Source of the DNA: Vicinamibacteria bacterium | GTDB taxonomy: Bacteria > Acidobacteriota > Vicinamibacteria > Marinacidobacterales > Marinacidobacteraceae | Length of the DNA: 64,000 bases | Assembly: GCA_963422395.1 (NCBI GenBank) | Contig: OY729431.1 | Location: forward strand, 2,752,001-2,816,000 | Direction: 5' to 3' | Shown here: one piece after another, positions 27,831 through 35,534 of the stretch | Layout: each line of letters opens with the position of its first letter | How positions within the stretch are numbered: the first letter of the stretch is position 1 | Notes under the pieces: model-generated | Told to the model about the DNA's origin: nothing | Databases searched by the model: none | Seen by the model: only the letters and a program-made list of their open reading frames with translations | Position numbers and translations under genes: made by a program

Positions 27831-29861
27831 ATGATCCAACTCGTCGAGGCTTCGAAAGCGTACGGCGAACAGGTGCTGTTGCGAAGGGCTTCCTGGCAGG
27901 TCGGGAGCGACGACCGCATCGGGCTCGTCGGCGCCAATGGTTCCGGGAAGTCCACACTCCTTCGAATCCTCGCAGGGCAGGTGCCTCTCGATGCCGGAGA
28001 GGTGATCCGGGCTCGCGACCAGAGGATCGGTCATCTCCCCCAGGACGGACTCCGATCGAGCGGCCGCAGCCTGTTCGAAGAGGTTCGCGCTGCCTCATCC
28101 GGCCTGGTCCGGCTCCGCCGGGAACAGGAGACAGTGGCGGCGCAACTCTCCAGTTCTCCCGAACGAACGGATCTCCTCGAGCGCTACGGAGAGATGGAAG
28201 AGGAGTGGCAACGGCGCGGTGGATACGAACTGGACGCCCGAGTGAGCGAGATCCTCTCCGGATTGGGTTTCGAAAAGAGCGACCACCCCAAACCGGTGGA
28301 GACCTTCAGCCAGGGATGGCAGATGCGGATCGCGCTCGCGCGGCTGCTCATCGAGGCGAACGATCTCATCCTCCTCGATGAGCCCACGAACTACCTCGAC
28401 ATCGAAGCGCGCACCTGGCTGTTCGGATTCCTCGCCCGCCATCGCGGCGGGCTGGTGCTGGTAGCGCACGACCGGTTTTTCCTCGATCAGGTCGTCACCC
28501 GGATCACCGAGATCGGTTTCGGGCGGCTCGGCAACTATCCGGGCGATTACAGCCGCTACGAGGTGCAGCGAACCGCCGAGATCGCCGATTTGAGAAAGCG
28601 GGCTGCCGAGCAGGCGGCGGAAATCGAGCGGAACCAACGGTTCATCAACCGTTTCCGCTATCAGGCCAGCCGGGCGCGTCAAGTGCAGAGCCGGATTCGG
28701 AGTCTAGAGAAAGTCGAACGCATCGAAGCACCGCCCGAGAGGCAACGGGTGACACTCCGGCTCCCGCATCCGCCGCGCTCCGGGCGGGTCCTCGTGACCC
28801 TGCGGCAGGTTTCCAAATCCTTCGGCGGCCACGAAGTCTTCCGGAGCGTGGACCTGGTAGTCGAGCGGGGTCAGCGCCTCGCGCTCGTCGGACCGAATGG
28901 CGTCGGCAAGTCCACCCTGATCCGGCTGCTGGCCGGTGAGGAGACTCCGGAATCAGGGAGGCGCGAGCCCGGCCACAACGTCCGCATCGCCTACTACGGA
29001 CCGGACCGGCACGACCTCGACCCCTCCCGCACCGTGCACGAGACGATGGCGGACGCGGCGCCGCTCTCCATGCTTTCGGAGATCCGCAACATTCTGGGAG
29101 CGTTCCTGTTTTCCGGTGGCGCGGTGGACAAGAAGACCAGTGTTCTCTCCGGAGGGGAACGCAGCCGGCTGGCGCTGGCGCGGCTGCTCCTCCGGCCAGC
29201 CAACCTGCTGCTTCTCGACGAACCCACGAACCATCTCGATCTGGAAGCCAAGGCAGCCCTGCTGAGCGCCCTCACCACCTACCGCGGCACGATCGTGTTC
29301 GTCGCTCACGATCGGTACTTCATGGACACACTGGCCACGCGCGTCGCCGTGATCGGCGGCGGCGAAGCCGAGCTCCACTGGGGCAACTATTCGGACCATC
29401 TCGACCGTGGCGAGCTGCGCCGCGGGCAGCGAACGACGGCCTCCGCAGTCCCCCGAAAACCGGTTCGAGACCGGAAACCGCCGCCCGCTTCCGGCAGACC
29501 GCAGCAGGACCGGAAGAAACCGGGCAAGAACCGGATTCGTCAACTACGCCGGCAGTGGCGGGAAGCCTTCGAAGCAGTGGCGGACACGGAGACTGCCGTC
29601 GAGAGCCTCGAAGCGCGGATGGCGGCGCCCGGGTTCTTCGACGATCGGGAAGCATCCCGCGAGATCGCAGCCACCCACGAGGATCTGACGGCGCGTTTGC
29701 CAGGTCTCTACGAGGAATTGGAACGGCTCGACGCGGAGGTCGGACCCGTCTATTCGCCGGACGGCGCGCGCGAGTCGGCCGGAACCCGATCTCCCGACTC
29801 CCGAAGATCGCCTTCGAGTTCCACGCCGAGGCCGTTGGCCATCCGGTTGACGAAGCAGTAG
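27831..29861 (+). CDS. ABC-F family ATPase
   Basis: two ABC domains (GANGSGKST, LLDEPTNYLD; GPNGVGKST, LSGGE, LLDEPTNHLD), no TM helices, C-terminal coiled coil. Confidence 0.95.
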   Translation: MIQLVEASKAYGEQVLLRRASWQVGSDDRIGLVGANGSGKSTLLRILAGQVPLDAGEVIRARDQRIGHLPQDGLRSSGRSLFEEVRAASSGLVRLRREQETVAAQLSSSPERTDLLERYGEMEEEWQRRGGYELDARVSEILSGLGFEKSDHPKPVETFSQGWQMRIALARLLIEANDLILLDEPTNYLDIEARTWLFGFLARHRGGLVLVAHDRFFLDQVVTRITEIGFGRLGNYPGDYSRYEVQRTAEIADLRKRAAEQAAEIERNQRFINRFRYQASRARQVQSRIRSLEKVERIEAPPERQRVTLRLPHPPRSGRVLVTLRQVSKSFGGHEVFRSVDLVVERGQRLALVGPNGVGKSTLIRLLAGEETPESGRREPGHNVRIAYYGPDRHDLDPSRTVHETMADAAPLSMLSEIRNILGAFLFSGGAVDKKTSVLSGGERSRLALARLLLRPANLLLLDEPTNHLDLEAKAALLSALTTYRGTIVFVAHDRYFMDTLATRVAVIGGGEAELHWGNYSDHLDRGELRRGQRTTASAVPRKPVRDRKPPPASGRPQQDRKKPGKNRIRQLRRQWREAFEAVADTETAVESLEARMAAPGFFDDREASREIAATHEDLTARLPGLYEELERLDAEVGPVYSPDGARESAGTRSPDSRRSPSSSTPRPLAIRLTKQ

Positions 29862-30349
29862 TACGCCGCCACTGCACAGGCGTCGTGGATGTCCCGGTCG
29901 GAGAGCCCGGCAGCGCGAAGGGGGATGAGATCCCCCTCGACGACAGCGGCAGGCCGTCTCGCAACCTTCACCGCGTAGTCGAGCAGAGCGCGCCCGCGGG
30001 GAGGGAGGGGTGCCCGGTCGGGGTCTCGGGTGACTGCAGCGACGAGGTCAGGATCCCGCGTCAGCCGGAGGAGACCCCTTCGGTGATGTTCGATTCAATA
30101 GTGGCATTCGTTGACCACGGAGACCGCCACGGCGATGAGTTCCCGCTCCGCATGGGGGAGCCCCGACTCCCCGCGCATCAGGTGCTCGTAGAGGGCGAGG
30201 TGGTGTTCGAGCGCTTCGGGGTTCAGGCTCCCCGCGGCGACGATGTTGTCCACGAACCCATCCGGACGCCGATGCCTGCGGTACAGAGAGGCGAGAGGAT
30301 CACTGCGGGCTTCGGGATCACCCGGACGGACGGTGCGAATCCAGCTCAT
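29750..30349 (-). CDS. AhpD/CMD-like peroxidase-related selenoprotein (CHYU; TGA at 30097-30095 read as Sec)
   Basis: two in-frame ORF-track fragments joined by an open frame; RELIAVAVSVVNECHY-TGA-IEHH matches the family CxxCxxxH motif; SECIS follows. Confidence 0.88.
30065..30083 (-). promoter_or_regulatory. bacterial SECIS hairpin
   Basis: CCGAAGG-GGUCU-CCUCCGG, with the loop starting 18 nt after the UGA. Confidence 0.8.
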
Positions 30350-30410
30350 CGGAGGACTCCGACTCCGGGCGTGGAGCCCGGCGGCGAAGCGCTACTAGGA
30401 TACCGGCCCG

Positions 30411-30884
30411 ATGATCCGGATCGCCTGCGACGGCTCTTGCCTCGGCAACCCGGGGCCGGGCGGCTGGGCGGCGGTGATCTTCTCCGGTTCCGGCGAAGAA
30501 CAGGTCCTCACCGGCGGGGAGCCGCACACCACGAACAACCGGATGGAACTCACCGCCGCCATCCGCGGGATCGAAGCCCTCCCGCCGGGTACGGCAGCGG
30601 TGGTGCTCTGCGACAGCCAATATGTCGTTCGCGGAATCACCGAGTGGATCCCCAACTGGATTCGGCTCGGCTGGAAAACCGCCAGGAAACACCCCGTGAA
30701 GAATGTCGATCTGTGGCGGCGGTTGGCCGCGGCGCATGAAGGCCGCAGCAGGGTGCAATTCCAATGGGTTCGCGGCCATGCGGGGCACGCCGCCAACGAG
30801 AGAGCCCATGAGCTCGCTGCTGCCGCTGCCGAGAAGGCGAAACGACGGACGCCCGCGGACGCGTCCGGTTCGTTGCGCGGCTGA
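30411..30884 (+). CDS. rnhA: ribonuclease HI
   Basis: DGSCLGNPGPGG, TTNNRMEL, DSQYV, VKNVDLW, WVRGHAG. Confidence 0.96.
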   Translation: MIRIACDGSCLGNPGPGGWAAVIFSGSGEEQVLTGGEPHTTNNRMELTAAIRGIEALPPGTAAVVLCDSQYVVRGITEWIPNWIRLGWKTARKHPVKNVDLWRRLAAAHEGRSRVQFQWVRGHAGHAANERAHELAAAAAEKAKRRTPADASGSLRG

Positions 30885-30944
30885 ACGGGAAAACGCCTCG
30901 GTGTCCGGCGCGGAGCGATCCAGCGGATAGACTCGGAACGCCTT

Positions 30945-31907
30945 GTGCGCGAGTATCGATTCCTGAAGGCGGATGTCTTCACCGACCGCGCGTTCACCGG
31001 CAACCCGCTCGCCATCGTCACCGAGGCCGACGGGCTCTCCGGCGAGGAGATGCAGCGCATCGCCGCCGAAATGAATCTGTCGGAGACGGTGTTCGTACTG
31101 CGGCCCACCGATGTGCATGCACTCTGCAGACTGCGCATCTTCACCCCGAACACCGAGCTGCCCCTGGCGGGGCATCCGGTCGTAGGTGCCTTTTTCCTGC
31201 TGGCCGAACGCGGACAACTCGGTCTCGGCGAAGCGCTGCGCGCAGTCGGAGACGGAGTGCATCGAATCCATCAGGAGTGCGGGGCCGGCGTCCTTCCGGT
31301 GGATATCCGGGTGCGCGGCGGTGCGGTGGAACAGGTCGTGATGACCCAGGCGCCTCCCCGATTCTTCGCGGAGTGCCACGACCGCGCCGCCCTGGCGGCC
31401 TGTCTGGGCCTCGGTGTGGATGAACTCTTGCCGAACGGCACCCCGGCGCAGGTCGTCTCCACCGCGCTTCCCCAGCTCATGGTGCCGGTCCGGTCTCTCC
31501 GCAGCGTCGAGCGCCTGGAATTCGACCCCGCCGCGGCGCAGATCGTGCTGCATCGGGAGGACATCGGATCGGACTGCATGATGGTCTTCTCCACCCAATG
31601 CGTGCACCGGGAAAGCGCCGCGCACGCCCGGATGTTCGCCCCCGGACTAGGCGTCAGCGAAGACCCCGCGACGGGAAGCGCCGCGGGCGCGCTCGGGGCG
31701 TGGCTGGTCGCGCGAGGGCTGGTCGCGCGGGGGCTGGCTTCCCCCGGCGACCGGGATCCGGTGCGGATGGTGATCGAGCAGGGGTACGAGATGGGACGGC
31801 CCAGCTCGATCCATGTAGAGGTCGAACGAGAAGATGGACGACCGTCCCTGGTGCGGGTCGGCGGCCAGGCCATCGAGTTCGCCGAAGGTTTTCTCCGAGT
31901 TCCCTGA
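30945..31907 (+). CDS. PhzF-family isomerase
   Basis: DVFT...GNPLA, NLSETVF, RIFTP, AGHP, EDPATGSA, QGYEMGRPS. Confidence 0.94.
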   Translation: MREYRFLKADVFTDRAFTGNPLAIVTEADGLSGEEMQRIAAEMNLSETVFVLRPTDVHALCRLRIFTPNTELPLAGHPVVGAFFLLAERGQLGLGEALRAVGDGVHRIHQECGAGVLPVDIRVRGGAVEQVVMTQAPPRFFAECHDRAALAACLGLGVDELLPNGTPAQVVSTALPQLMVPVRSLRSVERLEFDPAAAQIVLHREDIGSDCMMVFSTQCVHRESAAHARMFAPGLGVSEDPATGSAAGALGAWLVARGLVARGLASPGDRDPVRMVIEQGYEMGRPSSIHVEVEREDGRPSLVRVGGQAIEFAEGFLRVP

Positions 31908-31917
31908 CCGCTGGCGG

Positions 31918-33528
31918 TCAGCGATAGGAAATACGCTCTCCGGGAAGCGGGGGTGTGTGTGCCGGAACCCGATGGGCCTGCACCAGCTGTTCGAAGGCAT
32001 AACCGATCGCGAGCAGACGGGGTTCGCTGAACGCTCGCCCGAGAAAGGAGATGCCCACCGGGAGGCCTTCTCCCGTGAATCCGGCGGGAACGATCAAGTC
32101 GGGAAAGCCGCTCAGGTTGGCGAGACGGACCGCCGACCTCGCCCCATCGCCGGCCCGGAGATCGCGAGCGAGGAGAGCCGGCCTCGTCGAGGAAGTCGGA
32201 TAGACGAGCGCGTCGAGTTCATCAGCGTCCATGAGCCCCTCCACGAGGCCGCGGACGAGGGACAGGCCGTGTTCCCGCACCGCCCGATAGCCGGCGTCGG
32301 TCACTTCTCCGCTCGCGTTCTCACGGAGGAACAGACTCCAGCGACCGGGATTCGGCCGGTGACCGTTCCGACGGGCGGGCAGCTTCCGGGAGCGGTCCAC
32401 CAATTCGTCGAGGGTCTTCGGGTAGCCATCGCCGAGATCTGCCAGATATTCGGCGATCTGCTGGCGGAACTCGGGCCACCGGACCGCGGTGTAGAGAGAG
32501 CGCTCCACCTCGAGCAGCCACGCCGGAAAACGCACTTCCACGATCTCCGCGCCCGCTCCTCTCATCGCGTCGAGCGCTGCCTCGATGGTCCAGTCCACTT
32601 CGGAGTCGAAACCCAGAAAATCACGGGCGATCCCGAGCCGAGCCCCCTCGAGGGCGCTCGCATCGAGAAAATGGCGGTACTCCGTATGGAAGCGTCCCCG
32701 GCTTCGCTCGGTGACCGGGTCGGCCTCGTCCACCCCGGTCATCACCCCCAGCGAAACCGCCACATCGCGAACACTCCGGGCCATCGGCCCCCCGGTATCG
32801 AACGACAGGGCGAGAGGGACGATGCCATCACGGCTCAGGAGACCCAGGGTCGGCTTCAGCCCCACGACGCCGTTCGCGGTGGACGGCCAGCGAACGGAGC
32901 CGCCCGTGTCCGACCCGAGGCCGAGGAAGCCGTAACCCGCGGCGATCGCCGCCCCCGTACCTCCCGACGAACCCGAAGGGGTCCGGGTCGGGTCGTGGGG
33001 GTTGCGGGTGATACCGCCGACGGAACTCATGGCTCCACCCGAAGCGAATTCGCTCAGGTTCACTTTGGCGAGGACGATCGCCCCCGCCTCCCGTAGCTTT
33101 TGGACCACGAAAGCGTCGTCCGCAGGAAGCGAATCCAGAAGCAGGAACGATCCGGCGGTCGTGGGCAGGTCCGCCGTGTCGAAGTTGTCCTTCAGCACGA
33201 TCGGAATGCCGTGGAGCGGTGAGCGGCGCCCCGAGCGAAGCCGCTCGAGATCCAGTTCCCGGGCGCGTTGCAGCGCCTGCGGATTCAGGGTGATCACCGC
33301 GTTGATCCGCGGCCCGTGGTCGTCGTAGGCGGCGATCCGGGCGAGGCACAGCTCGACGAGCCGCTCCGAAGTCAGGGCACCCGCATCCAGAGCCTCGTTG
33401 ATCTCATCGATCGTCGCCGAGGTGAGTTCGAGTTCTCGGGCTCGTCCGGCAGCGCTCGCTGCGACCAGGACCGTCGACAGTCCAAGGGCGGCGAACGAAG
33501 CTACCGCGGTTCGGCGAAGGGGGCGCAA
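31918..33528 (-). CDS. secreted amidase-signature family enzyme (start approximate)
   Basis: LKDNFD, GSSGG, GSDTGGSVR; N-terminal signal-like segment. Confidence 0.9.
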   Translation of the reverse strand: MRPLRRTAVASFAALGLSTVLVAASAAGRARELELTSATIDEINEALDAGALTSERLVELCLARIAAYDDHGPRINAVITLNPQALQRARELDLERLRSGRRSPLHGIPIVLKDNFDTADLPTTAGSFLLLDSLPADDAFVVQKLREAGAIVLAKVNLSEFASGGAMSSVGGITRNPHDPTRTPSGSSGGTGAAIAAGYGFLGLGSDTGGSVRWPSTANGVVGLKPTLGLLSRDGIVPLALSFDTGGPMARSVRDVAVSLGVMTGVDEADPVTERSRGRFHTEYRHFLDASALEGARLGIARDFLGFDSEVDWTIEAALDAMRGAGAEIVEVRFPAWLLEVERSLYTAVRWPEFRQQIAEYLADLGDGYPKTLDELVDRSRKLPARRNGHRPNPGRWSLFLRENASGEVTDAGYRAVREHGLSLVRGLVEGLMDADELDALVYPTSSTRPALLARDLRAGDGARSAVRLANLSGFPDLIVPAGFTGEGLPVGISFLGRAFSEPRLLAIGYAFEQLVQAHRVPAHTPPLPGERISYR

Positions 33529-33565
33529 GGCGCCCCATGCTATCCGGAAAAAGGACCGGCGGACG

Positions 33566-34603
33566 CTACCCAACCGAAACCCGCAGCCGCGGATCCTGAC
33601 GAAGCCGGCAAAGCGCTTCGGTTTCCAGTTGGCGCACACGCTCCCGAGTCAGATGGAGCTCGCGCCCGATCTCTTCGAGATTGGCTTCGCCGCCGCCGAG
33701 GATTCCGAAGCGCCGCTTCAACACATGCTGCAAGCGATCGGGGAGGTCGGAGATCGCATCCCGGACATGGCGGCGCTGCTCTGCGTCGGTGACTCCCTCG
33801 ATCGGATTCAGCTGCTGCGGGTCCGGGGTGAGCGAAATGCGCGGGGTTCCATCGGGCACCAGCGGAGCGTCGAGCGAATCGATCTGGGGCACCGAACGCA
33901 GCGAGTCCCGAAGCTTTTCCGGGGCCACGCCGATCTCGCGGGCCACATCGTCGTTCGTCGGGTACAACCGTCGCCCCCGCCGGGACGGATCGTTCCGATA
34001 CCGCTGCTCGAGCTCGGCCCGGACCTTGGCCGCCTTGCGATGCAGATCCAGCTTGTTGATCGGAACCTTGATCGTGCGAGACTTCTGGGAAAGCGCCCTC
34101 CAGATCGCCTGTCGGATCCACCAGGTCGCGTAGGTCGAGAACTTCAGATTCCGCTCGGGCTCGAACTTCCGAACCGCCTGCATGAGACCGATGTTGCCCT
34201 CCTGGATGAGGTCCCCGAGCGGCAGACCCTTGCCCCGCGACTGCTTGGCGATCGAAATGACCAGGCGTAGATTTCCCTCGATCATCTTTTCGCGGTTCAT
34301 GTAGAAGGTGTCGAGATCCTCGTCCGCCGGCTTGTCGGAATCCTCGATCTGCGCCATGGCCTTCCGCATCGCCCGGCTGTAACGCTGCTCGTCGTTCTTG
34401 GTGAGCAAGCGGTGCCGGTGGGTATCGCGAAGGTAGAGGCCCATCGAGTCGAGGTCGCCGGTCTGGTGGGTGTTTGGAGAGAGTCCCAACGCCACGGCTG
34501 CCTCGGCAGCCTCTTCCTCTCCGGATTCCTCCTCTTCTTCCTCCGCATCGAAGGATTCGTCAACGAATTCGATCGTTTCGTAGTCCGTGTTCGTGGTGTC
34601 CAT
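33566..34603 (-). CDS. alternative sigma70 factor (RpoD/RpoS-like, no region 1.1)
   Basis: [44 protein letters not shown]; SD AGGAGG. Confidence 0.95.
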   Translation of the reverse strand: MDTTNTDYETIEFVDESFDAEEEEEESGEEEAAEAAVALGLSPNTHQTGDLDSMGLYLRDTHRHRLLTKNDEQRYSRAMRKAMAQIEDSDKPADEDLDTFYMNREKMIEGNLRLVISIAKQSRGKGLPLGDLIQEGNIGLMQAVRKFEPERNLKFSTYATWWIRQAIWRALSQKSRTIKVPINKLDLHRKAAKVRAELEQRYRNDPSRRGRRLYPTNDDVAREIGVAPEKLRDSLRSVPQIDSLDAPLVPDGTPRISLTPDPQQLNPIEGVTDAEQRRHVRDAISDLPDRLQHVLKRRFGILGGGEANLEEIGRELHLTRERVRQLETEALCRLRQDPRLRVSVG

Positions 34604-34657
34604 GACACCCTCCTGTTGAATCCGCAGGTAATCCTGTCGGTCTGAAACCGAAACGCA

Positions 34658-34673
34658 AGCAGACGGCGTGCCA
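34658..34673 (-). promoter_or_regulatory. sigma54 (-24/-12) promoter
   Basis: TGGCACGCCGTCTGCT, exact GG-N10-GC spacing, 55 nt upstream of the sigma70 ATG. Confidence 0.75.
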
Positions 34674-34791
34674 GTTCTCCACTAGGCCCGCCGCCAGACG
34701 GAAACTCTGAGCCTCTAACGCCACTCCCCGGCTTATCGTTCCCTCACCTCAGATGCCCCGATCGGTCCCGCCGAAAAGGGACCTGAGGGAA

Positions 34792-35511
34792 TCAGCCCGC
34801 CGGAAGAACGGCCCCAAGCGGCAAGCACCGGATTCGGGCGGTGGATTTCAACTCGTCCACCCACACAGCGATGCGCCGGTTCAGATCTCGTTCCTCCAGT
34901 ATACCGCGGATCAGGCCTTGCCACACATCGAGGGGCGGAGGGGAGCCGGCATCGAGATCGGGCAGCAGCACCGTCCGGTAGTACTCCTCCACTTCCCGTT
35001 GGGCAACCTGCACCAGCGGCCGAAAGCGACGATCCAGATAGTGATCCACGATGAGTTCCCGCCGAATTCGCTTCCGCAGGTAATCCTCGGCGATCCCGAG
35101 GCGGCCGAGCGCTGCGCGATAGGCATCGGGAGTCGCGAACCGATCCTTGAGTGCCGTGAGGGCCTCCCCGATCTCCGCCTCGGAAGGCGGCTCCATCGGA
35201 TAACGCTGGGCCTCCCGCTCCATGAGCCGGGCGTCGATCAGCCGTTCCAGAGCAGCTGCCGGAGTCGGTGACGACGCCCCGGGCGAAAGCGTCATGACCT
35301 CGAAGACCTCCGAAAGGGTGATCGGTTCTCCGTTCACGACAGCCAGCACGCTGTCGAGCGGCCGAACCTCTGCCGGTCGCTGGACCGGTTGCCGATCCTG
35401 GGCGTCCGGGCCGGGAGCGAGAGCCCGCGGCGGGCCGGCGCCGAGCAGCAGGGGCAGCATCGGAACCAGCCAGCAGGGCCGCCTCCGGCCCCCTCGGCGG
35501 CACGATGGCAT
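34792..35511 (-). CDS. SurA N-terminal-like periplasmic chaperone
   Basis: LDSVLAVVNGEPITLSEV...LERLID...WVDELK; signal peptide; follows the Omp85 gene. Confidence 0.8.
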   Translation of the reverse strand: MPSCRRGGRRRPCWLVPMLPLLLGAGPPRALAPGPDAQDRQPVQRPAEVRPLDSVLAVVNGEPITLSEVFEVMTLSPGASSPTPAAALERLIDARLMEREAQRYPMEPPSEAEIGEALTALKDRFATPDAYRAALGRLGIAEDYLRKRIRRELIVDHYLDRRFRPLVQVAQREVEEYYRTVLLPDLDAGSPPPLDVWQGLIRGILEERDLNRRIAVWVDELKSTARIRCLPLGAVLPAG

Positions 35512-35534
35512 CACGGGCACGGGTTTCGCCCCAC

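Noticed and set aside
30945-31907. PhzF as evidence of phenazine biosynthesis
   Set aside because: No other phz genes; stand-alone PhzF-like isomerases are common
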